Positions 24,538 through 37,745 of a DNA stretch of 51,896 nt are shown here, piece after piece. The position numbers and the translations under genes are program-made. Below the pieces are notes generated by a model, which saw only the letters and a program-made list of their open reading frames with translations, had not been told where the DNA came from and ran no database searches. Each line of letters starts with the position of its first letter. Position 1 is the first letter of the stretch. The stretch covers positions 77,447,772 to 77,499,667 of the forward strand of contig NC_068986.1 of assembly GCF_001194135.2 (NCBI RefSeq), written 5' to 3'. This stretch comes from Octopus bimaculoides (lineage: Eukaryota).

Positions 24538-25338
24538 TTGCTGCATTGCAATTTGTGTTTAATATCAACTACAAGTCAGTGCATGTTTTCGCTACCACAT
24601 TTTTGACCAAGTTTTAAGCTAAGGAATTGGTTTTTCTACATTTGTGGAAATATTTCTTAAGCAGAATCAGTGCAACACATTATGTGACAAGGCTGTACTT
24701 GTAAATTACAGATACAACTCAGCTGATGGGCTTCTGTACAGTTTCTATTTATCTAATTTCACTCATAAAGTATGGGTTGATCTGATGCTATAGAAAAGGA
24801 CATTTGCCTGAGATGCCATGGAATGGGATTGTACCTGGGACATCATGATTGTGGAGAAAACTTTTTATCATCTGGCCATAGTGCACTAACACACACACCA
24901 TCATGAATGTACATTCTTTTTACTATTATAATAATAAATCGATGAGAATGTCTTTACATGGTCATGCAATATGTTAGAAATAGCAGTTAAATCTCTCCCA
25001 ACCATATGATGTTGAAATGCAGGAACACTCTAGAAAATGTATCTTTAATACATAATATCAGAAAAGAAGAAATGATGTGATGGTCACAAATGGAACACTT
25101 TTAATTATAGGTCTGCTTCAGCAGGGCTGATTTCAGTCTGGACAACAAAGATGATGATGATGATGGTGACAGGGATGATAACAGCAACAACTATTACAAG
25201 ATGAGCAATGCTTTCTCCTGCATATATAACTCCTATTAATTTCTCCGTTGCCCCACAAACTGCACCTAACTCCACATCAATTACAATCCTGTCTTCAAAC
25301 TGATTTCTTCAAATGTCTTCTTCCTCAGAATTTCTTAC

Positions 25339-25460
25339 CAAGAATTTTAATACAACAGCGTAAATTAAATCTTTTATTATACTGACTTTCCTTAACCATC
25401 TCACTATTAATCCATAGTCTTTTTTTTTTACATATGGAATCTTTGCCTCTTACTTTCATT
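25339..25460 (-). CDS. Weak candidate exon (RMKVRGKDSICKKKRLWINSEMVKESQYNKRFNLRCCIKIL-G)
   Basis: Strong pyrimidine tract tttttgcttttgtccaag|, donor TTG|GTAAGA, open frame, phase 2 to 1. Link to the downstream gene unproven. Confidence 0.25.
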
Positions 25461-25504
25461 CTTGGACAAAAGCAAAAAAACAAAATACTTTTATAAATTA
25501 CAGG

Positions 25505-25830
25505 TGTGAGTGTGTGGTTAAGAAGCTTGCTTTGCAAACAAGTGGTTTTGGGTTCAGTCACACAGTGCAGTATCTTGAGCAAGTGTCTTCTACTATAGCT
25601 CTGGGTCAACAATGCATTGTGAGCGAATTTGGTAGATGGAAACCATGTGGAAGTCCATTTTGTGTGTGTGTGTGTGCTGTGTGTGTGTGTTATGTGTGTG
25701 TGTGTTGTGTGTGTATGTGTGTGTTCTCTGCCTATCATCACTTAACAACTGGGTCTATTTGTTCAACTAAACCCTTCAAGTTAGTGCTCCAGTATTGCCA
25801 CAATCAAATGATTGAAACAAGTGGAAGATG
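25505..25830 (+). mobile_element. Degraded family-A SINE (other partial copies at ~3940-4030, 4490-4625, 7400-7545, 15600-15790, 24690-24880, 30760-30930, 33420-33580, 35270-35370)
   Basis: Same head/body and tail motifs as 16880-17270. Confidence 0.8.
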
Positions 25831-26319
25831 AAAGGTAAATTTGAGTGAATTGTTTTTTTTTCAAAAGCTCTGTACTTCAAAAAAAAAAAAAGAAGTTGGA
25901 CTTGTAAGATAAAAAAGAAACATAGAAAATATCAAGTATTAAATAATTAGATATTAACTAGAATTGTCATTGCAAAACTTGAAATGTTGATAAGAATCAT
26001 CATCATCATCATCATTATTATTTAATATCCGTTTTCCATGCTGGCATGGGTTAGACAGTTTGACTAGAACTGGTAAGCTGGAGGGCTGCACCAGGCTCCA
26101 GTCTTTTGGCTTGGTTTCTACTGCTGGGTGCTCTTCCTAATGCCAACCATTCTACAGAGTAGAGTCTTTTACATATCAACACAGGTACCTTTTAGTTAAA
26201 CCTTTCTCATAGACATGGGAAGATTTTTTTAGCTTAATGCTTTAAAGAATATATTTTGTCTTGGTATAAACAAAAATTGTAGTATACCTGAAATCTTTGT
26301 GATAGGCCTATTATTTTTA

Positions 26320-26720
26320 AGACCTCCTCGACTTTTTTACATTTAATTTTAAAAGAAAGGTGAGAGCTGAGAGGGATGTGCTGTCTCCACCCTCCATTAC
26401 ATTTTTTGGAAGGTGGGTGAATGCAGTGAAGGTAGCCTGAGTGAGCAGGCCTACTCTAATCTGGGATCTGTAGGCTGAGAAATACAGTGGAGACAGGAGC
26501 ACTTGTCAGGTTACTCATGGTGAATAGGGTGGTTCAGGATCTGTGAGGTTCATTAGTTGCCTCTGGATAGCATTTTCCCTACTATTGGGGATTTTGTCTG
26601 TTAAGATTTTTTTTGTAAATTGTTTTATTGCTTGCATGTTTCTATGTTAATCCCTGCTGTCCTTTGTCTTGGTATTGTCCTAATTCTTTTTGCTGCTCTT
26701 GTGGCCAATAAAAAACAAAC
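26320..26720 (+). mobile_element. 3' end of a Tx1/L1-like LINE
   Basis: LDFFTFNFKRKVRAERDVLSP...FFGRWVNAVKVA* resembles L1/Tx1 ORF2 C-termini (recalled motif), followed by a UTR ending GGCCAATAAAAAAC. Confidence 0.45.
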
Positions 26721-26766
26721 GTTTTGTTGTTATTATTATTATTATCATTATCATTATTATTATTAA

Positions 26767-27458
26767 GGTGGTGAGCTGGCAGAATCGTTAGCACACCGGG
26801 CAAAATGCTTAGTGGTATTTTGCCTGTTGTTACGTTCTGAGTTCAAATTCTGCCAAGGTTGACTTTACCTTTCATCCTCTTGAGGTTGATAAATTAAGTA
26901 CCAGTTGATCACTGGGGTTGATGTAATTGACTAGTTCCCTTCCCACAAATTTCAGGCCTTGTGCCTAAAGTAGAAAGGATTATTATTATTATTATTAAGG
27001 CAGTGAGCTGGTAGAATTCTTAACAAGTTGGACAAAATGCTTAATGGCATTTTGTCTGTCTTTATGTTCTGAGTTCAAATTCCAAAATGATTGACTTTGC
27101 CTTTCATCCTTTCAGGGTTGATGAAATAATTACCAAACACTGTGGTTGATGTAATCAACTAGACCATCCCACCAAAATTTCAGGCCTTGTGCTTATGTAG
27201 AAAGATTTATTAAAGGGAGTGAGCTAGCAGAATCATTAGCATGCTGAACAAAATGCTTAGCAGCATTTCATCTGTCTTTACATTCTGAGTTCAAATTCTG
27301 TCAAAGTTGACTTTGCTTTTCATTCTTCTGGGGTCAATGAAATAAGTACCAGTTGAGCACTAGGGTCAATGTAATCGACTTATCCCTTCTCTCCCCACCA
27401 ACCAGGCCTTGTGCCTATAATAGAATGGATTATTATTATTATCATCATTATTATTATT
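26767..27458 (+). mobile_element. Head-to-tail trimer of a second tRNA-derived SINE (family B, (TTA)n tail)
   Basis: Copies start at ~26767, 26999 and 27214. Each has TGAGCTGGCAGAA (box A-like), GAGTTCAAATTC (box B-like), a GACTTTGCCTTTCATCCT...GATAAA core and an AGGCCTTGTGCCTA...TAGAAAG tail. Confidence 0.9.
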
Positions 27459-28009
27459 AAATACAAGAGTGAATAATTGTTATGTAGAAAACTAGGATTT
27501 AAAAATTTGAAAAGCCTACTGCACTTGTCAGAAAATTAGCTGTACTGCAGAAATTCAGTCAGAGAAGTAAATAAGTAAATTATGAGAAAAAAAGAAAAAA
27601 TTCAATATGGAGCACAGGAGATTGTCAAAACTTAAGACTTTTGACAAGGAAGAAGGAGTTTAAAGAGCCAAATGTTCAAGATGAAATAATTGGTTAAGAA
27701 AAGAAGACCAAAAATATAGTAAAAAAATAGAAGCAAATGAATGAAGCAAGAATTGAATCAATAGGACAGGAACATTCCAGGTAAAAATAATAATAATATC
27801 AAAGAGAAATAGCTTCATGACTACAAAACTGCAAATGTAATATGATGAAATTGTTTTGAGTTGATGCCATTTATTGATAAAGACATACATGTGTATGAAA
27901 AAATTCTCATAGAAGCAGGTAGATGCATGTGTGTGCATGTATGTTACTATTTATTACTGAATATATCTACATACATATATTTATTTATAAATATATATGC
28001 TTGCCTACT

Positions 28010-28057
<48 letters not shown>

Positions 28058-28136
28058 GTTAGAGATAATTTAATATTTCTGTTCATAGAATTACAAATTT
28101 ATGCACATATGCACACACACACCTGCACACACTTAG

Positions 28137-28212
<76 letters not shown>

Positions 28213-29669
28213 ATACTTACACACATACCAAAGTATTACACATGTATTTATGTAGTTTTGTATTTGGTCTGGTTTGGAATGTATATTAAAAAAAAGAAGA
28301 CAGAAAATATAGAGAAGAATTATGAGAATATAAAAGAAAGCTTTGTTTGCACGACAAGCTACAAACAACATCAATGGGTTTTAAAATGCTTATAATTATA
28401 TAAATATAATAAAATAGGTAATAGTAATAATAATGATAATAATAATAATGTTAACATGGCATAAAATTAAAGAATTGAATAAAAGAAAAGAATGAAGAAG
28501 AAAATAATGGTAAAACAAAGAGGAAATCTCTATTATGGAAATAAAAACAGTAAAAAGATTGGGAACAAAAGAAGCTTATTGCAGAGAGAGATAGCTTAGA
28601 AAAAGATAAATACTTTAGGGAGTGACTCTGCAGAATCAACTGAAATAAGAAGAGATTAAAAAAAAAAAAAGAATGATAAAACTGATGAGTTATTTGTGGA
28701 ACAGCAGGGATTATGTTGGGATTAAAATGGTGGCTTTGAAAGGAATAGAAAATGACAAAGAAAAGAAATATAAAGAGATTTTTATGTAAGACATAGTTTA
28801 CAGTTTTATGAAAGAATAATTCAGTGATATAACTTTAACTCTTTTCTTTTTATATCTATCTCATGGATGAATCTCCATTTTTTACTATATTACTTCTGTA
28901 CTCCGGTGGTTACATGATGTAGCTCCTGGTCCTTCTTAGAGGGCAGTAATTCCAAATAGGAATTGACTGGGACCATGACAACTTATCCTATCCATTTCAG
29001 CATAGGAAGCAAATGTAACTTGATGATGCAGAGGGGCTGGTATGGGACCACCAGTGATGGTGACTACTGGTGAACCTGGTCGGCTCTATTGCATGGTGAC
29101 ACCCCTGGGAGTTCTAACTTCGATTGACCCCAGCCCCATCAAGCAAGAGTATGAAGCCAAGAAGCCAAGCAAATGTAAAATGATGATGAATATGATGTTG
29201 TTGTAGTTGTTGTTGTTTTTGATTATGACGACGACGATGATGATGGTGATAATAATGAGGAGGAGGATTAGCTTAGAAGAGCAAGCCCTGCAACTCTTTC
29301 CATGAAAATAAAAGGTGAAAGGTAGAATCAAACTGGGGACTTCAACTAAATGCTTGTAAAAGAATAGACTTGGTAAAATAGGCCCACAGGATCTAAGTGT
29401 GTGTGTGTGTGTTTGTGTTAAATTGGGAGATACATTATATGAGCCACACCCAAAACTAAATTATATAAAGGTTGGTATCACATAAAAAGCACCCAGTACA
29501 CTCTGTGAAGTGGTTGGTGTTAGAAAGGACATCCATCCATAGAAACAATGCCAAAACAGATATTGGAGCTTGGTGCAGTTCTCTGGCACATCAGCTCCTG
29601 TCAAACCATCCAACCTATGCCAGAAAACAGATGTTAAACAATAAGGATGATAATGATGATGATGATGAT

Positions 29670-30590
29670 AATGATGATCATCATCATCGTTTAACGTCCG
29701 CTTTCCATGCTAGCATGGGTTGGACGATTTGACTGGGGACTGGTGAAACCGGATGGCAACACCAGGCTCCAATCTGATTTGGCAGAGTTTCTACAGCTGG
29801 ATGCCCTTCCTAATGCCAACCACTCAGAGAGTGTAGTGGGTGCTTTTACGTGTCATCCGCACGAAGACCAGTCAGGCGGTACTGGCAATGNNNNNNNNNN
29901 NNNNNNNNNNNNNNNNNNNNNNNNNNNNNNNNNNNNNNNNNNNNNNNNNNNNNNNNNNNNNNNNNNNNNNNNNNNNNNNNNNNNNNNNNNNNNNNNNNNN
30001 NNNNNNNNNNNNNNNNNNNNNNNNNNNNNNNNNNNNNNNNNNNNNNNNNNNNNNNNNNNNNNNNNNNNNNNNNNNNNNNNNNNNNNNNNNNNNNNNNNNN
30101 NNNNNNNNNNNNNNNNNNNNNNNNNNNNNNNNNCCTTACACATGTCACGGGCACAAGTGCCAGAAAGGCGACGCTGGGCACAGGTGCTATCCCGATTTCG
30201 CTTTCGCTTGCCCATATAAGTCTTCGCAAGCAAAGTTTAGTGTCCAATGTAGGAAAGGTACGCATAAGCGGGCTGGCTACACCCCTGGCAGAGGCCTTGG
30301 ATTTAGGTCTCACTTAGTTTGCCGGGTCTTCTCATGCACAGCACATCTCCAAAGGTCTCGGTCAGAAGTCATCGCCTCAGTGAGGCCCAATGTTCGAAGG
30401 TCTTGCCTCACCACCTCAGCCCAGGTCTTCCTGGGCCTACCTCTTCCACGGGTTCCCTCAACTGTTAGGATGTGGCACTTTTTCACGCAGCTATCTTCGT
30501 CCATTCTCACCACATGTCCATACCAGCGCAATCGCCTCTCTTGCACACCACAACTGATGCTTCTTATGTTCAGCTTCTCTATTCTAAAAT
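29670..30590 (-). mobile_element. 5'-truncated RTE-clade LINE (RT C-terminus, 3' UTR, (GAT)n tail), interrupted by a gap
   Basis: QERRLRWYGHVVRMDEDSCVKK...GRGRPRKTW.EVV..DL is the classic RTE C-terminus. Tail GCATGGAAAGCGGACGTTAAACGATGATG. Confidence 0.9.
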
Positions 30591-31365
30591 GGAAACAATT
30601 ACAGTCTTTCTTGTGTTATTAGTTAGTCTCTTTGATTGATAGCTCAGATGTTTATATTTCATTTATAGCTATCTTTTATGTATCTTTCTGTTTTCAAGAA
30701 TAAAGAACTTTGATAAAATTATTTTAGTCTGAAGCAAGAATATTTTTTTCTGAGTACCTGAGTACTACACCTATGGCCATGTGGTTAAGATGTTTTATTT
30801 TGAAATTAAATGACTTCAAGTTTGATCCAATTGCACAGCACCAAGAACATGTGTCTTTCTACTGCAACTTTGGGTTGATCAAAACTTGTGAGTGGAATTT
30901 GGTAAATGGAAACTGTATGGAAGCTTGTAGAGGGAAAGACCATTTCTGTCTTTTGGAGATAGACATAATCTACCATCTAGTTCAATACCACAATCTGGCC
31001 ACCCTTGGGTACCTTTAGCAAAGTCCAATCTGTTGCAAGCATCCAGACCAGGATTCCAGTCTGGGGATAATCTCAGCTTACTAATTTGGAAGGCCATGGA
31101 GCTTGTAAAGAGTCATGTGTATTATCCTTCCTACTTTGCCTATTTCATGCAATCCTCCCAACGAAAGAAAGGCCTCCCCCCACCACCGCTTGTCTTGCAA
31201 GAAAGATAAATGAAAATGATACTTAAAATATTCTAAACAAAAATTAACTAAGACTGCTACACATTAAAATATATGCATATCAATAAAAATAAGTGACTGA
31301 GGCTTGTTATTTAATTAGTCAATATTTATTATGTATTTAAAAAAAAATATGCTAATTTTTCTTAC

Positions 31366-31453
31366 AGTTGCATACAAAGTTGTATACTCTTTTTAAAGTT
31401 GCTTTATTATTACTAAAGCAAGTGCCGTGAAATTTGTGGTTCACTGATGAGGT
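31366..31453 (-). CDS. Weak candidate exon (TSSVNHKFHGTCFSNNKATLKRVYNFVCN)
   Basis: tggctttatcag| ... ACT|GTAAGA, one open frame, phase 0 to 1. No homology recognised. Confidence 0.2.
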
Positions 31454-34400
31454 CTGATAAAGCCAATTATGTCTGGTATTATCTCCCATACTTTTCAGAA
31501 TGATAAAAATAATATTAGACATTGAAGCTAATGTTGACTGTTCTTCCCCACATAGTTATTTCTAATTAGATTTTTAATGTTTATTGCATGACAAATGTTA
31601 ACAAGTAAATTACAATATTTAGCCTGGGGGCATTGTCATTCTGAAATTGGTTGGAAAAAAAAACAAAAAAAACAAGCTGTTGATCTGACATGTTAGAGGT
31701 TTATAATTAAAAGGAATGACTATGAAAGAGGCAACAAATAAATAACTAAATAAACCAAATTTACTAGAGATGTGTATTGCTTACCAGAGACTGGGATAAA
31801 GTTATATGATGCTGTTATATGGTTGATCATAACTTTAGAAAAGCAGTATGAGAACATGGAGTAACATGGAAAAAAAAATATTAGTTGGTGCCTCAGAACT
31901 ATAAAGCTATCTGAGAGAGATTCTTTGTCAAGGGATCAATCTTTAAATTGTTCAGGTTGGTGGTGTAAGGTAGAAAACCCAAGTGTTAAATGTATGGTAG
32001 TAACAACCATATTAAAGCTTTCTGCCTCAAGAAAAAGAAAAACAGAGGAAGTCAAAAGATTTTGGAAGACAGAGTAAGAGTACAACTGCAACACCATAAG
32101 TCTTCATTGTAGCGGTAGCTGAAAAGCATTATTAAACAACCCCTTCTTCCTTCTCCTCATCAGCATCAATGGTCATTGAGGCAAGGCACAAATTTGCAAA
32201 ATCCTCTCTCTGCATGGGCACAGAGTCAGTCAGAAGTTTCAGGCGATGCTCTCAGCCTTTTGTCTTGAGATGAGGGATAACAAAGAGAACTCAAGGAATA
32301 AGAGACAATGCAGGAAGAAGAGAAAAAAAGGTATCAAAAGAGGTTGGCTCAAACTTTAGATTTTGAAAGTCGAAGCCTTGCTGTTAGTTAATTTACAAAA
32401 AGCTTGTAGTAGGAAGGATCTTACAGCCAAATTGGTAGAGGCAAAACGGGTCTATCATTTCTTGATGATAGACACAAAGGATGTGTTTATATATATTAAT
32501 ATTTTGCTCATTATCTTTTATATAAAAAATATGCTTTGTATTTATGTGTGAGGTCACAAATAAAAAATATAAATATTATCATTGATATTACTAGCCATGT
32601 ATTTCTTTTATTGCAAGATACCTGCTTCCATCCCTCTATCATACTCTTACCTCTCATCACCTGGTACGAAGCCACTTCCCTCAATACATCTCCATCACTC
32701 ACTCAAGGGAGTCTTGTCTTGAAAGTTTGTGAGTGACCTTGCTGTTGTTGGTACCACATGAAAAGCACCCAGTACACTCTGTCAAGTGGTTGGCATTAGG
32801 AAAGCCATCCAGCCATAGAAAGCTGACCAAAGCAGACAGAAGAGTTTGGTACAGTCCTCTGGCTAACCAGCTCCTGTCAAACTGTCCAACCATGCTTGCA
32901 TGGAAAATGGACATTAAGTGATGATGATGATGATGATGATGATGATAATGATCCACAAATTTGAACCCATCATGAAGACTGTGAGCAAATAATGAAGACT
33001 TTATATCAAAAGTTCAATACTTTCATACTGTTGTCATTTTATATGATGTCAAATGAGGCTTTTGTTTAGAAATGAATCATCATTATCATCACATCATTGT
33101 TGTAATGTCCATTTTTCTGTGTTTGTAAGGGTCAAATGGAATTTCATGCAGCACATTTTCCATGTTCTTCCTGTTACAAACCCTCATCTGTTTCTAAGTG
33201 AGTTAATATTCCAAGGTCAGATGTTTCCACGGAAGATTGAAAATAAAAAAAAACAGTGCTTGTATGACAGTGACATTCACTTACAATATTACAGGATGCC
33301 AAGACAAGGAGACAGAAACACACACACACACACACACACACACGTATGTGTGTGTGTATGCAGGTATTATACATATATATATCTATATATACACACATAT
33401 ATGTATATGTGTATGTGAGTGTGATGAGCTTCTTTCAGTTTCTATGTATCAAATTCACTCACAAGGCTTTGGTTGGCCTGGGCTATAATAACAGACACTT
33501 AACCAAAGTGCTGTGTACTTAAACTGAACCCAAAACCAAATGACTGGGAGGCAAACTTCTTCACTACTCAGCCATACCTGTAACAATTTAATTTACAGCC
33601 ATCCCTGTAATGATTTAATTTAATTTCTAAATGCATGTTAAAAAGGTAAAAAAAAAAAAAAAATTAGTTTTGAGAAAATATCTCTTAGAAAGGAATTCAT
33701 ATGATGGTCAAAAATTAATTCTTTAGATATTGCTTTCATTATTATCAAAAATTGTCAGAAAATGTTTAAAATGTAAGAAGAAATGTTTAAAATTATAAAA
33801 AAATGTAAGGCAATTTTAATTAGTCTAAAAGAATCTGTTAAGTTAAAATTTTATAACAATTGAACATGAATACATCAAGAAGTTTAGCTGAAAAAAATAT
33901 CTTGTTGATTTATTTAACTCTTAATGGGAAAAATGTAATGAATATATGGTATTAATAATTTGACTATATATTAATCAAATGATTAATTTATATTGATAAT
34001 ATATAGCTGAAACAGTAATACAAAAACAGCAAACTAATGTATATAAAATTTATACAACATATTATTACTTTTTATATTTAAATGAACAATAGTATTCATA
34101 ATTCATAATTCCTTTTAGAAATTTTTGATAATTAACTTTGACTTAATTGTGATTGCACTCTATTCCCATGAACTGAGAACAACCCATAGAACAAGAACAC
34201 TATGTGGTTGTACTCATGAATCAGTGAATAACTTAAGTTGTGGGTAACTTAAATAGAATACACAAGTGAACAGTTTATAGCTCTAAAATGTTTTATAATT
34301 AATATGAAGATCATTAATCATTATTAATTAAGTATTATATTAATCTGTAGCTGGTTGAAAATTAGTTCATTATTATTTTTATGAGTAGAAATCAGTCATA

Positions 34401-34789
34401 GCAAACATTAAATATAACTATATATTTTGGAAAACATATCAATGAAGATAATAAAAAATTTAATGTCTGATAAAGAAAATTTAATGAAAATAGAGATGGT
34501 TTAAAAAAAGACAAACAAACAAATATTTGTAAGCAATAATAAGAGAATGGCAATATAATATTACAAATAAAATTATAATTTTTCCAAACAATTAACCTCA
34601 TCTTCTGAGTTGAAAGAATGTTTTCAATGTTTTCTTTTTTACACCAGTACTACATTTCAATTGATTTGATCTGCAATAATAATCAGGCGTTTTATTCCTG
34701 AGTGTGTACATAAGTACCAAACTGAATTCCAGTTAGGAACATTAGTTTCTAAATTAACTTTTTTATCAACTATACTACTGATGTATGTA

Positions 34790-35010
34790 TACTTTTCTAC
34801 TCTAGGCACAAGGCCCAAACTTTTTAGGAGGGGGGGGGGACCAGTCGATTAGATCGACCCCAGTATGCAACTGGTACTTAATCTATTGAACCTGAAAGGA
34901 TGAAAGGCAAAGTCGACCTTGGTGGAATTTGAACTCAGAAGATAAAGACAGATGAAATATCGATAAGCATTTTTCTTGGCGTGGTAATGTTTCTGCCAGC
35001 TTGCCACATT
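34790..35010 (-). mobile_element. Family-B SINE (partial copy also at ~20160-20250)
   Basis: Reverse complement of the family-B motifs (GGATGAAAGGCAAAGTCGAC, ATTTGAACTCAG). Confidence 0.85.
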
Positions 35011-35399
35011 TACTGATGCATGTATAGGCATATAGTTTCCTAGTTCAAACCCAGCCTAGTACTATAGACACATTCAGGAATAAAACACCTGGTGAAGATC
35101 AGAGTCCAAAATTATTGAAACATAGTATAGATGGAAATATTAAAACAAGTTTCATATCTAAAACTGAGATTAATAGTCTGAAAAATTATAATCTTATTAA
35201 CGACAACTCTCTCAGTCAACATTTAAGCATTTGGTTTTATAAACATTTCTTAGTATTGCATTATGAGTGCAAACATAACTGTATGGTTTAGAAATTTGAT
35301 TTGTGACCATATCATGCCATGTTTGATCCCACCATGCAGGCAACATGAGCTAGCGCCTACAAGCACTGTCTTACATTGGCCATCATCATTGTTCAATGT

Positions 35400-35597
35400 C
35401 TACTGTTCCATGCTTGCATGGATCAGACAGGATTCATCAAGGCAGATACCCTTTCTTTCACCAGCCCTCGTCTATTTTCAAGTAAGGTAATATTTTCCCC
35501 ATGATCAAACATGTCTTGGAAGACTGGAAATGAAGGTCACCACTTATCTGACAGTGACACCCATTTATGATTATCATGCAATATCAAGGGAAGGAAA

Positions 35598-35690
<93 letters not shown>

Positions 35691-36060
35691 CACATACACA
35701 TACACACACTCACAAAATGCACATATATGCATACACACACTCCCATACACACATATGTTCATATGCACGTATCTATATCTCCTCATCATTTAGCATCTGT
35801 CTTCCATGACAGCATGGGTTGAACTATATATGTGCCAGGTTTCTTTCAGTTTCTGTCTACTAAATCAACTCAGAATTCATCGAGGCAGATGCCCTTCCTG
35901 TCACCAACCCTCACCTGTTTTCAAGTAGGGTAATATTTTCCCTATAACCAGACATGTCTTGGAAGACTGGAAACAAAGGACAGCATATGTATGACAGTGA
36001 CACCCATGATTATCATGTGATGTCAAGGGAAGGTGACAGTAACACACACACACACACAAA
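35400..36060 (+). repeat. Two tandem copies of a dispersed repeat that ends in (CA)n (others at ~4300-4500, 4740-4870 reverse, 11200-11400, 15300-15620, 33100-33340)
   Basis: Shared CTCACCTGTTTTCAAGTAAGGTAATATTTTCCC...GGAAGACTGGAAA...TGACAGTGACAC...TGTCAAG..AAG, followed by (AC)n. Confidence 0.75.
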
Positions 36061-36159
36061 CATGTGCACACATACACATATATACACTCACACACATATA
36101 CATATATATATATGTATGTATGTTTGTATATATATATATATATGGGAGAATATACAAAA

Positions 36160-37470
36160 AATAACAACAGACGAGGACAGGTGGTGTAAATAACAAAAGT
36201 ATATATTAGTATGACGCTCGGGAATACGGAAAGTCTTTGACGTTTCGAGCTACGCTCTTCAACAGAAAGAATACGGAGACAAGGAGAAAAACACGGAGAA
36301 AAAAAATTGAATAGTGTTCAGTCAACGGTCAATCATNNNNNNNNNNNNNNNNNNNNNNNNNNNNNNNNNNNNNNNNNNNNNNNNNNNNNNNNNNNNNNNN
36401 NNNNNNNNNNNNNNNNNNNNNNNNNNNNNNNNNNNNNNNNNNNNNNNNNNNNNNNNNNNNNNNNNNNNNNNNNNNNNNNNNNNNNNNNNNNNNNNNNNNN
36501 NNNNNNNNNNNNNNNNNNNNNNNNNNNNNNNNNNNNNNNNNNNNNNNNNNNNNNNNNNNNNNNNNNNNNNNNNNNNNNNNNNNNNNNNNNNNNNNNNNNN
36601 NNNNNNNNNNNNNNNNNNNNNNNNNNNNNNNNNNNNNNNNNNNNNNNNNNNNNNNNNNNNNNNNNNNNNNNNNNNNNNNNNNNNNNNNNNNNNNNNNNNN
36701 NNNNNNNNNNNNNNNNNNNNNNNNNNNNNNNNNNNNNNNNNNNNNNNNNNNNNNNNNNNNNNNNNNNNNNNNNNNNNNNNNNNNNNNNNNNNNNNNNNNN
36801 NNNNNNNNNNNNNNNNNNNNNNNNNNNNNNNNNNNNNNNNNNNNNNNNNNNNNNNNNNNNNNNNNNNNNNNNNNNNNNNNNNNNNNNNNNNNNNNNNNNN
36901 NNNNNNNNNNNNNNNNNNNNNNNNNNNNNNNNNNNNNNNNNNNNNNNNNNNNNNNNNNNNNNNNNNNNNNNNNNNNNNNNNNNNNNNNNNNNNNNNNNNN
37001 NNNNNNNNNNNNNNNNNNNNNNNNNNNNNNNNNNNNNNNNNNNNNNNNNNNNNNNNNNNNNNNNNNNNNNNNNNNNNNNNNNNNNNNNNNNNNNNNNNNN
37101 NNNNNNNNNNNNNNNNNNNNNNNNNNNNNNNNNNNNNNNNNNNNNNNNNNNNNNNNNNNNNNNNNNNNNNNNNNNNNNNNNNNNNNNNNNNNNNNNNNNN
37201 NNNNNNNNNNNNNNNNNNNNNNNNNNNNNNNNNNNNNNNNNNNNNTTCAATTGATTTTAATTGATTTTAACCGATTTAAATTTTCTTTCTATTTGAAAAT
37301 TAGTTATGAAACACGTGTAGTCATTTTATTATCTTTATCTTATGATATTTACTTTGTTTTATATTATACTCATTTATTGTGTTTTTAATTGTTAATTTTT
37401 CTATATGTGATAGTGGATTTTCATCGATGAGTTCTTGAAACTTGGTTATTTTCCCTAAAACTATATATTT
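36160..37470 (-). mobile_element. Probable Penelope-like element spanning a gap
   Basis: 37321-37470 reads VLGKITKFQELIDENPLSHIEKL, similar to the PLE RT N-terminal region. Across the gap, on the same strand, is a PLE-type hammerhead motif. Confidence 0.45.
36234..36270 (-). ncRNA. Minimal type I hammerhead-ribozyme-like motif
   Basis: Minus strand UCUUU-CUGUUGA-A-GAGC-GUA-GCUC-GAAA-C-GUC-AAAGA: 5-bp stem I, 4-bp stem II, palindromic CG stem III, GUC site. The core has U in place of the conserved A6. Confidence 0.6.
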
Positions 37471-37539
37471 TATATATATATATATATATGTATACATATA
37501 TATATCTATATATATATATATATATATATATATCCTCAT

Positions 37540-37745
37540 CATTTAATGTCTGTTTTCCATGCTGGCATTGGTTGAGCTATACATGTTCCAGGCTTCTTTC
37601 AGTTTCTGCCTACTAAATCCACTCAGAAGACTTTGGTCAGCCAGGGGCTATAGTAGAAGATACTTGCCCAAGGTACCATGCAGTGGGACTGAATCCAAAA
37701 CCATGTGGTTGGGAAGTAAACTTCTCATCAAACAGTCACACCTGT
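37540..37745 (-). mobile_element. Family-A SINE head/body joined to an RTE-type 3' tail
   Basis: Minus strand reads head...TTGGGCAAGTATCTTCTACTATAG...AAACTGAAAGAAGCC, then GCCAGCATGGAAAACAGACATTAAATGATGA. Confidence 0.7.

Noticed and set aside
27621-27646. 9-bp hairpin TTGTCAAAA/TTTTGACAA
   Set aside because: Short and AT-rich; expected by chance in 50 kb.
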